A stretch of DNA of 60,757 nt, counting the filler, from Candidatus Tectimicrobiota bacterium (GTDB lineage: Bacteria; JACPSX01): assembly GCA_016193065.1 (NCBI GenBank). It is 7 parts of 7 records of this genome, joined end to end, with 100 filler letters (N's around TTAATTAATTAA, not from the genome) between each part and the next. Parts side by side here need not be neighbours in the genome. Positions count along the whole stretch, not along the records: positions 39,392 to 48,749 come from JACPSX010000077.1; positions 48,850 to 52,215 come from JACPSX010000078.1; 5 more parts are not named here. The stretch is one strand, 5' to 3'. The notes under the pieces are model-generated. The model ran no database searches, was not told the origin of the DNA, and saw only the letters and a program-made list of their open reading frames with translations. Every line of letters begins with the position of its first letter. Positions within the stretch are counted from its first letter, which is position 1. Positions 39,393 through 49,729 of the stretch are shown one piece after another. The translations under genes were made by a program, and so were the position numbers.

Positions 39393-40202
39393 TACATCGA
39401 GGAGGAATCTTGCCGGGTCTTGACCGAACCCTGCGCCACCCAAGAGATCGAAGAGGCCCTGGGAAAATACATTTTCATATCCGACGTGACTCTGGAAAAT
39501 CATACGGAGAGCTGCGGAATGCTCTCGATCTTTGGTCCCCGGTCGGCCCTTCTCGTTCGCACTATCCTCGGCGAAACCCCGGCTGGTCAGGAAAATTTAA
39601 ATCACGTAAACCGGAATTTTCACGGCACTCCGGTCCTGATCGCCCGCAGTGACTATACGGGAGAGGAAGGGTTTGATCTTCTGGCTCCGGCGGACATCCT
39701 GGAGTCCCTGTGGATGGCCTTCACGGCAGGAACATCGGGAATATCCGCCCTGCCGGTGGGCTGGGATGCCCTGGAGGTGCTGCGGGTGGAGGCCGGGGTG
39801 CCGCGATTTGGCCAGGACATGGACCACGATACGATCCCCCTGGAAGCCGGCATCGAGGCCAGGGCGATTGACTTCTACAAGGGGTGTTACATCGGGCAGG
39901 AGGTCATTGCCCGGGCTGCTCACAGGGGGCATGTCAATCGCAAACTCGTGGGGCTCAAACTGTCGCAGGGACCCTTGCCCGCCCGGAGGGATCCGATCCT
40001 GGAGGAGGGAAAACAGGTCGGGGAGATTACGACGGCCGTCCTCTCCCCTCTGTTTGGCCCCATCGCCCTGGGATACGTCCAGCGGAATCTGGCCCGACCG
40101 GGCGGCAACTTCCTGGTGAGAGGACTACCCGCAGAAACGGTGGACCTCCCGTTCTATTCCCGGGCTGCCCAAAGATCAACGGCTCCCCAAAATGCTGCCT
40201 GA
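39393..40202 (+). CDS. ygfZ: YgfZ/GcvT-family folate-binding protein, 5'-partial
   Basis: LRVEAG.P; DFYKGCYIGQEVIAR. Confidence 0.88.
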   Translation, partial: YIEEESCRVLTEPCATQEIEEALGKYIFISDVTLENHTESCGMLSIFGPRSALLVRTILGETPAGQENLNHVNRNFHGTPVLIARSDYTGEEGFDLLAPADILESLWMAFTAGTSGISALPVGWDALEVLRVEAGVPRFGQDMDHDTIPLEAGIEARAIDFYKGCYIGQEVIARAAHRGHVNRKLVGLKLSQGPLPARRDPILEEGKQVGEITTAVLSPLFGPIALGYVQRNLARPGGNFLVRGLPAETVDLPFYSRAAQRSTAPQNAA

Positions 40203-40317
40203 AGCCGCTGAACTCCGGGAAACCCTCCTCTTGCCGTCAAGAGAAGATCCGCGGTGGCAAGAGGTGACACACAGCAGGCACCCACGGGGGTGGATGACGT
40301 CGTTTTCCAGCCGCTTG

Positions 40318-40734
40318 TCAGGTTTGCTTGGGGCCGTAGCGGATCACCAGCAAGTTCGAGCCCAACTCGCGGCGGACCTCGATGGAGAGGCTCCACCCCG
40401 GTTTCTCGTAATTCAGCAGCGCCCCCTCGTGTTCAAAGCTGCTCACCTGCCGCCAGTTATACTGCTTGAGGTTTTCGCGGAAGAAACGCAAAAGCTCCTC
40501 GTATTTCTCGTTTCCCCGGTAGATGAGAACCCCGGCCCGGATTACATTGGATTCGTAGACAAAAGACTGGCGGGTATCCAGCTCCATCGTGGGTGGAACG
40601 GGGACATCTTCAAACCGGAAGGTGGGGCTGACCTGAGGAACAGGCTCAGTGCCGGCGCCCGGGAAATAGGTACAACCCGAAATGGCCGTCAAGAGGGCAG
40701 CCGCGGCCAGCCCCCATGCCCAGTGCCTTTTCAT
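40318..40734 (-). CDS. Lipoprotein, hypothetical
   Basis: Lipobox ISGC; FEDVPVP. Confidence 0.75.
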   Translation of the reverse strand: MKRHWAWGLAAAALLTAISGCTYFPGAGTEPVPQVSPTFRFEDVPVPPTMELDTRQSFVYESNVIRAGVLIYRGNEKYEELLRFFRENLKQYNWRQVSSFEHEGALLNYEKPGWSLSIEVRRELGSNLLVIRYGPKQT

Positions 40735-40898
40735 AACCTTCTCCTCTCAGAAGAACGATGAGTCTGTGTCGATCTGTGAAACGCTTATTTTTCAGTTACC
40801 ATATACGAAAGCGAGCGCGGGGCGCAACTGTTTTTCCCGACACGCCGGGGCCTGTCGATCGTTCTCCAGCGCGCCCGACGGGTCCGGCCAGGTGCAGC

Positions 40899-43203
40899 AT
40901 GGCTAGCAGTGCTCAGTTCACATGCCGGGTTTCAGGTCATCCCAAGTCTGCAAGGACTCTGGCACGAGCGGGCCTGGTCCTCGTCCTGCTGCCCTGGGTA
41001 CTGGCCGCCCGCACGCCGCAAAGCCGGGGAGAATCCTCTCCGCAGAACCCCGCGCTGCCGGCGGCGGCCCGGCACTATGAAAAAGGGGAGTACTCCAGAA
41101 CCGTAACACTGCTGGAGAAAACTCTCTCCCGCCGCCTGGCAGGTCTAGAAAAACAGGAAATCTATTTCCTCTTGGCCAGCGCTCAAGAGCGCAGTGGGCA
41201 CCTGGAGGAGGCCGTGGCGAACTTCAAGAAAGTGGCAGAAGGGGAAATCCTGGCAGACTACGCCCTGTTCCATGGAGCCACGATTCTAGCCCAGCTCGGC
41301 AGACCTGAGCAGGCCCTGCAGTGGCTGGACCGCCTTCTGGACCGGTTCCCTGGCAGTATCCTGGTCGGTGAGACCTATGCGCTGAAAGCAAACCAGATGG
41401 AGCAACTCGGCAATTTTCCGGAAGCCCTCAAGACCTGGGAACAGATGGAGCGCTGCTGCGCGGAACCCTCCCTGCTCCCTCAGTCGTTTTTCCACCAGGC
41501 AGTCCTCCTGGAAAAGGAGAACCGGCCTGCCCAGGCGGTCAATTTCTACCGCCAGCTCAGTGTTCGCTTCCCCAACCGCCCAGAAGGAGCCCAGGCAGAG
41601 AAGCGTCTGGAAGAACTGGCCCGGGAAGACCCTCCCCCGTGGACCCGGTTCTCGGCTCAGGATCTCTGGCAAAGAGCCCTGTCCCGGTNNNNNNNNNNNN
41701 NNNNNNNNNNNNNNNNNNNNCCGGCCGGAAGCCGCGCGCCGGGACTTGAACCGCCTACTGAAGGAATATCCCGAGAGCCCGATCGTCCCGAAAGCTCTTT
41801 TCCGGCTGGGGGCGCACGCGCTTGCCACCAAGCCGGCCGCCGGAGGGATCCAGATCCTGGAGGATTTTCTGCGGCGATATCCTTCCGACCCGCTGGCCGC
41901 CGAGGCTCTCTACGTGCTGGGACGCCATTATTGGAGAGAAAACCGCCCCGTAGAGGCCCGCAAGTACTTGCTGCCGATTCTCTCATTCCATCCGGGCAGC
42001 GCCCGCTTTCCCGAAGCTCATCTCATCATCGGCAGGACGTATGAGGAGGAAGGATTCGCCGAAAAAGCCCGGCAGATTTACGATCAGTTGCTCGACATCG
42101 CTGCCCCCCAGGAAGTGCTCGTCGAAGCCCTGTGGCGCCTGGGCTGGAGCTTCTATCAAAGCAGTCAATTCGCCGAAGCCTACAGCGCCTGGCAACAAGG
42201 GGCTTCGTTAACATCCGGTACGGGGGATGGGGAACGTTTCACTTACTGGCAGGCCCGGACCTCCGAGAAGATGGGAGCTCACGGGCAGGCCCTGACTCTC
42301 TTGCGGAACCTTCTGGAAAGGGCGCCCTTCAGTTATTACGGGCATCTGGCCCGCTACCAGTTGGAGCAAAAGGGTGAAACCACGGAGCAACACTGGCCGA
42401 AGCCAAGAACGGACCCCGATCTTCTGCCGCCGCCACTGGATTCCTGGTCACAAAATCCCAGGGTGCGGACGGCCCTCGCGTTCCTGCACCTCGAATTTCT
42501 CTCCCAGGCCCGCCGCGAGCTGGACGTTTTGTCCAAGGAACTCCCCGAGGGCTCCGAATCCCGCTACTGGCTGGGCGAATTGTATTCCCGGGGAGGTTAT
42601 TTTCTGCAGACATTCCAAAACTTAAGCCGCTATCTCCAGCAAGTCGCCGTTGAAAAGAGAAAGGACCTGCCGCTGGACTTTTGGAAAAAGCTCTATCCGG
42701 TGTCTTACAGAAAGCTGGTCATGCGTCAAGCTTCCAGCCAACGACTGCCTGTACCCCTTCTTTATGCCATCATCCGTCAGGAAAGTGCGTTTCAACCGAA
42801 GGCGGTTTCCCGGGCCGGAGCCCGGGGACTCATGCAGCTCCTGCCTGGAACTGCTCAAGAGCTCTTGGGCAAGAGTCGCCACATCCAACCCCAAGACCTC
42901 TTTGATCCCGGAACAAACATCGCGCTGGGCAGCAAGTATCTCGCCAAGTTGATCCAGAGCTACAGCGGCAAGATCCCATTCGTTCTGGCCAGTTACAATG
43001 CGGGTGAGCAGGCCCTGAAGCGTTGGATCCCGCCAGACCAGACGGAGATGGACACATTTATAGAGAGCATCCCGTACTCCGAGACCCGCAACTACGTAAA
43101 GAACGTGGTGCGAAATCTCCTGAACTACGAGCACATTTATTCCTCCCCGGACGGGCGCACGGCGCGGGGGGGAATTTCCCTTGACAAGGTTTGGGGAGAA
43201 TGA
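40899..43203 (+). CDS. TPR-containing soluble lytic transglycosylase (spans N gap 41689-41720)
   Basis: TPRs; IRQES.F...A.S.AGA.GLMQL; ASYNAG; IPY.ETR.YV. Confidence 0.9.
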
Positions 43204-43558
43204 TAGGTAACGTTACCGTCGGCATATAGGTAAGGGTTCTCCTTTCTGTGCTCCTCATCTGATGGATCTATAGCCTGCTTCTGGCCCGGGCGAGGGCCTA
43301 TCGGGAACGCCGCCGCAGTGCCGGCAGAGAAAAGTGAGACTCTGTCAGGACCTGGGGGGTGCCACCAAAAGGATGCACCTGCCGGTAGGAAGGTGAACAG
43401 AGAAGCTCAGCGGTTCTAATTCAGTTGCCCAAATTCCTGCCGAGGGGAACAAACTGAGACGGTTGGTGAACAGGAGAGGGTCTCAATGATGGGTGCCCAG
43501 AAGGGTTTTCTTTTTTCTGGGATCGCTCCAGCGCCGAGATCCTCCGGGGAAATCCGCC

Positions 43559-45592
43559 GTGAAGGCCAGCAAAGTTCGTGATCTTTGGAAAGCCTGGCAA
43601 AATGAACTGGCGGCCCAACTGGGCCTGGCCTTTCAGGTCTACCCTGTAAGGGGGGGGCAGCGCCAGGAAATCCAGAACCACCTTCCGGTCGTCACCAAGG
43701 ATCTCCTTGAGCGTGTAGAGACCTGCAAACATTGCACCCCCTCGAAACTGACCCAGCAGGTTAGAAAAAACCAGCCTTTCATCTATCGCTGTCCGATTGG
43801 CCTGCACCATTGCGCGATTCCAGTGGCCTCGGAAAAGGAAATCGAAGAGATCTTAGTGGTCGGGGAAGCTCCTCCCGTGGCTTGCGCTCTGGAGGAAGTT
43901 GAAAAGTTTAACGAACTCGGCATGGCCCAAACGACGGCGATGGGAGACAAACTTGAGGAGACCAAGGTCCCGGCCTTGATTCGCCATGTCCTGGACCAGC
44001 TCTCTCCGATCCTGTCCCACGCCTCCCAGTTCATGAAGAACGCGGAAGGGGAGAGGCTGCGACTCACCACAAGCATCACGACCCTATCCACACTACTGCA
44101 AATGGGCAAGAGAACGGCGGAGATCTCCTCCACAAGCGAGATCGAAGAAATCCTGCTTCATACTCTGGGGGTTCTTTACAATATCCCCCTGGCCAGTCTT
44201 CTTACCCTGGATCCAACGGGTGACCTCTTCACAACAGCAGCCGCCTTTGGCCCTGCGGGCCATCCTGTGCGACTCTATTCCTGCCATCCCGACCAGCTTC
44301 TTCTCAGGGAGCTCACGGAATCGGAGAGCTTCGTATACTGCGACGAGGTGTACCGGCTCCTGAAGGCCGGATACGGCGAGGGAATTACAACGGCCTACCT
44401 CTTTCCTCTCCCGGTCCGGGGCAAGACGACGAGAGTTGTGCAGATATTTAATTGTCAATTCCCCCCCGAGGAGGTCTCTGCCATCGCGGCGTTTTGCAGG
44501 CAGACTGCCGTCTCCCTGGAGCGGCTCGAGTTGATCGAGGAAGTGCAGGGAAAAACCCGGGATCTGACTCGCCTCCAGGAGCTCACCTCCTCCTCGGGCG
44601 ATACACTCGAGCTGGAGGAACTCCTGCGCTTGGTGCTGGCGACCTGCATGGAAGTTGTGGGAGCCGAGCAGGGCTCCCTGATGCTCCTGGAAGAGGACAC
44701 CATGGAGCTCTTGATCAAAGCGGTCAGGGGAATCGACGAAAAAATCATCGAGCGCTTCCGGTTAAAACCCGGGGAAGGGGTGGCGGGTCAGGTCTTCGTC
44801 AACGGCACTCCGGTCCTGGTGACGAATATTGAAACCGACGAGCGCTTCCATCACGTCAACAGGCCGCGCTACAAGACCCCTTCGTTCATGAGCGTTCCCA
44901 TCCGCTTCCGGAACCGGTCCCTGGGCGTGATTAACGTGGCCGACAAGCGGGGGGGCCCCCATTTTACCGCCGAGGACCTGCGCTTGCTGTGCTCTTACGG
45001 TGCCCAGGCCGGCGTGGCCATCGAGCGCTCCATCTACTATGAAAAGTCCAAGGCTCTCAGACAAATCTCGATTACGGATTCCCTCACGAGCCTCTTGAAT
45101 CGGCGCTACTTTCAGGAACGCCTCACAGAGGAGATCGACCGGGCCAAGCGCCACCGCCACAAGCTCTCTCTGATCATGCTCGATTTGGATAACTTCAAGG
45201 AGTTCAACGACACCCACGGCCACCTCGCCGGAGATCAGGCATTGCGGGCCACGGCCCAGATCGTGCGCAACAATGTCAGAGCCATCGACGTGGTGGCCCG
45301 CTTCGGAGGCGAGGAGTTTTCGGTTATCTTGCCGGAGACGGCCAAGGAAGAGGCCACCATCATTGCCCACCGGATTCGCCGGGAAATTGAGAAGGGGTTT
45401 CTCCTCAAAGGGATCACGCGGCTCCATCGGCCTCTGACCATGAGCCTTGGACTAGCCACCTTTCCGGAAGACGCGCAAAACCTCACGGCCCTCATCCACA
45501 ATGCGGACCGGGCCTTGTACACAGCCAAGGCCTTCGGGAAGAACCGCGTCGTCGTCTTCCGGGAAGGCCCCCACACCGATCCAGCTTCTTAA
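43559..45592 (+). CDS. PocR-GAF-GGDEF diguanylate cyclase (start uncertain)
   Basis: CKHC...YRCPIGL.....P PocR-like; GAF with NVADK; RAID I-site; RFGGEEF. Confidence 0.88.
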   Translation: MKASKVRDLWKAWQNELAAQLGLAFQVYPVRGGQRQEIQNHLPVVTKDLLERVETCKHCTPSKLTQQVRKNQPFIYRCPIGLHHCAIPVASEKEIEEILVVGEAPPVACALEEVEKFNELGMAQTTAMGDKLEETKVPALIRHVLDQLSPILSHASQFMKNAEGERLRLTTSITTLSTLLQMGKRTAEISSTSEIEEILLHTLGVLYNIPLASLLTLDPTGDLFTTAAAFGPAGHPVRLYSCHPDQLLLRELTESESFVYCDEVYRLLKAGYGEGITTAYLFPLPVRGKTTRVVQIFNCQFPPEEVSAIAAFCRQTAVSLERLELIEEVQGKTRDLTRLQELTSSSGDTLELEELLRLVLATCMEVVGAEQGSLMLLEEDTMELLIKAVRGIDEKIIERFRLKPGEGVAGQVFVNGTPVLVTNIETDERFHHVNRPRYKTPSFMSVPIRFRNRSLGVINVADKRGGPHFTAEDLRLLCSYGAQAGVAIERSIYYEKSKALRQISITDSLTSLLNRRYFQERLTEEIDRAKRHRHKLSLIMLDLDNFKEFNDTHGHLAGDQALRATAQIVRNNVRAIDVVARFGGEEFSVILPETAKEEATIIAHRIRREIEKGFLLKGITRLHRPLTMSLGLATFPEDAQNLTALIHNADRALYTAKAFGKNRVVVFREGPHTDPAS

Positions 45593-45673
45593 AATCCTGC
45601 CGTTTTTCACGCTCCCTATTTCCTCTCAACCCCCTCGGGGATCCTTACGATAAGAGCGGGGGAGGTTCCGTCT

Positions 45674-47041
45674 GTGAAAATCAAGAATATTCTGCTGGCC
45701 AGCGACGATCGCGTTTTAGCTCAAGGGATTAAGGCAGCCCTGGAGAGCCAGGAGTGGCTCCAGCTCACCCACATCCCCGGTCGTCTCCAGTCGTTGGAAA
45801 CCCTCGCTGGAGCACGCTTCGACCTGATCCTTTCAGACCAGATCCTCACCCACGGAGACGGGCGCCCGTTTCTCTCGGAGATCAAGCGGGCCTTCCCCGA
45901 CGCCTTCGTCGTCTTCATCGTCGGCCAGTTCTCCATCAGTTGGACCATCAAGGCCATGGAGGAAGGAGCCTGCGATTATCTGACCAAGCCGGTTAAAGAA
46001 AAAGAACTGCTATACCTGGTAACCAAGCTGCTGCGGTCCCGCGAGCAGTTCCAGAGCGCCATTGCCATCGATCCACCCCCGCCGGGCGAACCGGAGGAGA
46101 TGGACCAGTTGGTGGGAAACAGCCCCGAGATATTTGAGATCTTCAAGATCGTAGGGAAAGCGGCCCAGTCCGATGCCACCGTCCTCATCCAGGGGGAGAA
46201 TGGTACGGGAAAGGAACTCATCGCCAAAACCATTCACCGCAACAGCCACCGGAAGGCAAGACCCATGATCACGGTCAACTGCGCCGCCATTCCGGAGACA
46301 CTTCTGGAAAGCGAGCTCTTTGGACACGAGAAGGGGGCGTTTACCGGGGCCATCTCCCGCAAGACGGGAAAGTTCGAGCTTTGCCATGGAGGCACCATCT
46401 TCCTGGATGAAATTGGGGACATGAGCCTCCTGAACCAGAGCAAGGTTCTGCGCTTCCTCCAGGAAAGAGAGTTTGAACGAGTTGGAGGGAATGAGACGAT
46501 TCAAGTGGATGTGCGGGTCATCGCGTCTTCCAACGAGAGCCTCGTACAGAAAATGAAAGAGAAGAAGTTCCGAGCGGACCTCTTTTATCGCCTGCGGGTC
46601 GTCTCCATCTACCTTCCCCCGTTGCGGGAGCGCAAAGTAGATATTCCCCAGTTGACCAATTATTTCCTGCACAAATACACGAAAAAGTTCAAAAAGAGCT
46701 TCCGGGCCATAGACCACGAAGCCGTCGATCTCCTCAAAAATCACCCCTGGCCCGGAAATGTGCGGGAACTCAGACACGTCCTGGAGCAAGCGGTGCTCAT
46801 GGGGCAAGGGGAGATCCTCTCCGCTCAGGACATTTCCCTGGAGCCCGTTCTGCCCCAGCAAACCTCGCTAATCCAGCCCTCACTGGAGCATAACCTGACC
46901 CTGGAAGAACTGGAATGGGAGTACATCCAGGCCATGCTGCAGAAAACCCGGGGAAACAAGGCCAAGGCGGCCCGCCTCCTGGGAATCTCCAAGATGACCC
47001 TGTACCGCAAAGAGAGACGCTGGGGTGCCCTGAGCGCCTGA
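45674..47041 (+). CDS. Sigma54-dependent response regulator
   Basis: GENGTGKE, GAFTGA, WPGNVREL, Fis HTH. Confidence 0.93.
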   Translation: MKIKNILLASDDRVLAQGIKAALESQEWLQLTHIPGRLQSLETLAGARFDLILSDQILTHGDGRPFLSEIKRAFPDAFVVFIVGQFSISWTIKAMEEGACDYLTKPVKEKELLYLVTKLLRSREQFQSAIAIDPPPPGEPEEMDQLVGNSPEIFEIFKIVGKAAQSDATVLIQGENGTGKELIAKTIHRNSHRKARPMITVNCAAIPETLLESELFGHEKGAFTGAISRKTGKFELCHGGTIFLDEIGDMSLLNQSKVLRFLQEREFERVGGNETIQVDVRVIASSNESLVQKMKEKKFRADLFYRLRVVSIYLPPLRERKVDIPQLTNYFLHKYTKKFKKSFRAIDHEAVDLLKNHPWPGNVRELRHVLEQAVLMGQGEILSAQDISLEPVLPQQTSLIQPSLEHNLTLEELEWEYIQAMLQKTRGNKAKAARLLGISKMTLYRKERRWGALSA

Positions 47042-47376
47042 CCCCGCCGCTCTGCGGTATCAATCTGGTCCTTCCGTATCCAGATGAGCCCTTCCTTACC
47101 CTCCCCCCTTGCGAGGAAACCCCTTTTTTCCCTCCCCCTTGAGAGACTGTGTCGCAATCCACCGTTCGCCCTTCGACCGCGGGTACCCGCGAAGCGGGTG
47201 CGGTTTCCGGGTGAGGACGAACGGCTAAGTGATTGAATTTCGGGGTTTCCTTGTCCGTTCGTGGTGAGCCTGTCGAACCATGAACGGACTTATGACACAG
47301 TCTCTGTGGGGGAGGGATGGGTGGGGGGTCAAGTACTCTCCCCTGCGGACGATAGGTGGATTGAGGAGGGTTTGCC

Positions 47377-47727
47377 ATGAAGATCTCGGGATTCTATTCC
47401 GCCCTGTCGGCCATCTCGGCCTTCGGCAAGAAGTTCAACGTATCGGCCAACAACGTGGCCAACCTCAATACCAACGATTTTAAGCGCAGCCGCGTCACCA
47501 TGGCGGAGCAAAGACCCGGAGGAGTTAAGGCGGAAGTGGAAAAAGACAACACCCCGGGAGCCCCCGTGCCCGAGTTTCTGGGAGAAAAAGGGACCGAGCT
47601 GTCCAACGTGGAGCTTCAGGACGAGGTCGTCGATCAGATCATCGCCCAGCGGGGGATAGAGGCCAATCTCAAAACCGTGAAGACCGCCGACCAGATAACG
47701 AAGTCGGTTATCGACATTCTCGCCTAG
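47377..47727 (+). CDS. Short flagellar basal-body rod/hook family protein
   Basis: SANNVAN.NT..FK; SNVEL..E.V..I.....AN.K...TAD. Confidence 0.8.
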   Translation: MKISGFYSALSAISAFGKKFNVSANNVANLNTNDFKRSRVTMAEQRPGGVKAEVEKDNTPGAPVPEFLGEKGTELSNVELQDEVVDQIIAQRGIEANLKTVKTADQITKSVIDILA

Positions 47728-47809
47728 CAGGATGCTGAAAAAGTCTTTTTCGTGGTTCGACAAGCTTGTCCTGAGCCTACCGCTCTCTGGTTTGCGACCC
47801 GGCTCCTTC

Positions 47810-48204
47810 TCATTCTTCCAGGAGGTGGAGAGGAAAATCCTTGTGACGGCGAATGAGCCGAAAGTCTTCCCGGTTGTACGTGAAAAGCGTTGCGCCAATT
47901 CTCCTGGCGCAGAGGGCTATGAGAATGTCGTTGAGCAGCAAGGGCAATTTGGACCGCCAGCTCCGCTCTCTTGCCATGATGGCCACGACGACCTCCGATG
48001 CCTCGATCCAGTCTTCAAAAGTCGGGGCAACCACGCGACCGGTGCGCTCCATGGGTCGGATGAACTCCTCTAACAAATTCCGGGTGCGGCGGTTCTGAGC
48101 ATTTACGTGCAGCTCGTAGGCAACAACGGCGGAAAGAACTGAACCCTCTTTTCCTCGGAGCGGACAGTTGCCAGATAGACGTTCGTGTCCAGCAGGTATT
48201 TCAC
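47810..48204 (-). pseudogene. vapC: VapC/PIN toxin, frameshifted near 48140
   Basis: VKYLLDTNVY from GTG 48204 is in a different frame from LSAVVAYEL...D.LIA..A....TL.TYN..DF. Confidence 0.8.
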
Positions 48205-48395
48205 CGATAGGTTGTCCGGAAGCGACCTTCTCTGAGCAGCCTGTCCAGGGATTCTTGAATCTCTTGGTCCTCAACGGTTTTCTGCAAGGCCCTGTGGATC
48301 GCTTCCGTGTCCGTCTTGGCGTTTAACAGCCGGCGGACTTTCGCAATCATCCTACCATCCAGGTTGTAAGTCTTCTTTCTCACTGTCGCTTTCAC
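48201..48395 (-). CDS. VapB-like antitoxin
   Basis: 64 aa, RHH-like; GTGA overlap with toxin. Confidence 0.75.
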   Translation of the reverse strand: MKATVRKKTYNLDGRMIAKVRRLLNAKTDTEAIHRALQKTVEDQEIQESLDRLLREGRFRTTYR

Positions 48396-48621
48396 ACTAG
48401 GCTCCTTTGCGATGCGTCACATATGGATAATGTAACAATCTTGTCCATATCGGTCAAGTGTGCCGTGGCCCCGGTTCTTTCCTTCAACCCGCAGCGGCGG
48501 GAGTGGAAGAGGGGAGGGGAAAAATTGCGAATCCCTTCCCCCGGGTACCCTTTGGGTGCAGGGAGGGGAAGGGAGGGGGTGAGTCCCCGGGACAGTGGAA
48601 AAAGATTCGGAGAAGATTTCA

Positions 48622-48652
48622 TCAGCAATCAGCAAACAGAAGACAGCAGACA
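48622..48652. repeat. Degenerate heptamer tandem repeat
   Basis: TCAGCAA TCAGCAA ACAGAAG ACAGCAG. Confidence 0.55.
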
Positions 48653-48653
48653 A

Positions 48654-48749
48654 CTACTTCTGGGGAGAACTCTGAGGCACCACCACACACCGAAACCCGA
48701 GACCGTCGTACCCGGAGACCGGGGCGACGCCGCGGCTGCGGGAGGCGCA
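48654..48749 (-). CDS. FGE-sulfatase/C-type-lectin-fold protein, C-terminal fragment
   Basis: CASRSRGVAPVSGYDGLGFRCVVVPQSSPQK*; GFRC signature; not in ORF track. Confidence 0.7.
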   Translation of the reverse strand, partial: CASRSRGVAPVSGYDGLGFRCVVVPQSSPQK

Positions 48750-48849
48750 NNNNNNNNNNNNNNNNNNNNNNNNNNNNNNNNNNNNNNNNNNNNTTAATTA
48801 ATTAANNNNNNNNNNNNNNNNNNNNNNNNNNNNNNNNNNNNNNNNNNNN

Positions 48850-49070
48850 AACAGCTTGCTTTCCTCTTGCCGTTTAACGGCCTCCCGAAGCAGATCGTCG
48901 TCGAAAGTGAAGAGCACGCGGCCAAGTTGAGTCGCCCGCTCCAACAGCCCGGGGTCGAGAAATGTCTCTGCGCCATCTTCCTGGGCCGTAAGTACATCCA
49001 CTGTGCGCATGCGGAGTCCAAGAGTAATAGATCGAGGAATATGGGCATCCATGTAGAGGGCAATCGCCAT
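48850..49070 (-). CDS. DUF5615 PIN-like toxin, 3'-partial
   Basis: LYMDAHIP...GLR...DVLT.Q.DG....D..LL..A...GRVL.T.D.D. Confidence 0.82.
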
Positions 49071-49388
49071 CTAGAGCAGCCCTTGAGTCCTCAGCCGTGC
49101 GGTCAGTGGAGATGACTTCGCCTTTGCCGATTTCTGAAGGGCCTCCACCTTCCTTAGCCGCTCCGCGATCTCCCGGTCCAATGCCTCAACATGATCCCAG
49201 TAGTAAGCAAGGGCCGCATGAATCTGGCCTAGGCGCAAGTACGGATGTTGGAGGTGTAATTCCTCCGAACTCCAGCCGTAGGCCAGCCTTTCGACAACCA
49301 ACTCAATGACCTTCACGGTCGTCCCCGCGATCGCGGGTGCTCCCCTTTCGTCAAGGACTATATGCGGATACTCCGTCTGAACTGCCAT
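49071..49388 (-). CDS. DUF433 antitoxin
   Basis: G.P.IAGT...V; G.S.EE....HP.L...QIHAALAYY. Confidence 0.88.
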   Translation of the reverse strand: MAVQTEYPHIVLDERGAPAIAGTTVKVIELVVERLAYGWSSEELHLQHPYLRLGQIHAALAYYWDHVEALDREIAERLRKVEALQKSAKAKSSPLTARLRTQGLL

Positions 49389-49423
49389 GAGCCTGCCTCC
49401 TCCTTTATTGTACAGGCTAAGTA

Positions 49424-49479
49424 TAGCAAAAGCTAAAGGGCTAAGGGCTTAGAGCTGAGAGCTTAAGGCTAAGAGCCTT
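49424..49479. repeat. Heptamer tandem repeat flanking the four-helix-bundle gene
   Basis: GGGCTAA GGGCTTA GAGCTGA GAGCTTA AGGCTAA. Confidence 0.7.
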
Positions 49480-49699
49480 TCAGAGTGCGGCGAAAGCCAC
49501 TCAGCATTTTTGCCAGTTCCTCTGCTTTGCTATAGGCTGTCTGAAACGCCTCGGCCTTGAGAAATTGCTGCCGTTTGGCAATCTCCAGCTCTGATATAGA
49601 TTCCAGGAGTGAACCGTAGGCAATTTCGATGAAACGCGCCAAGTCAGTATCGGAAGACCGGGAAGACCCTTCGGCAATGTTGGAGGATACGGAAACAGT
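49469..49699 (-). pseudogene. Four-helix-bundle (23S rRNA IVP/TIGR02436-type) protein, 5'-truncated
   Basis: TVSVSSNIAEGSSR.S..D..RFI.IAYGSLLE....LEIA...KMLSGF*; no start, upstream in-frame TAG; not in ORF track. Confidence 0.8.
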
Positions 49700-49729
49700 G
49701 CCAAATGTTATAAGAAAGTGCTAAACACT

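Noticed and set aside
49424-49479. CRISPR array
   Set aside because: 7-nt tandem repeats without spacers; no cas genes or repeat-spacer array anywhere in the window
49697-49729. attC or dif site beside the intron
   Set aside because: Only a GTTATAA fragment; no proper paired boxes or XerD arm
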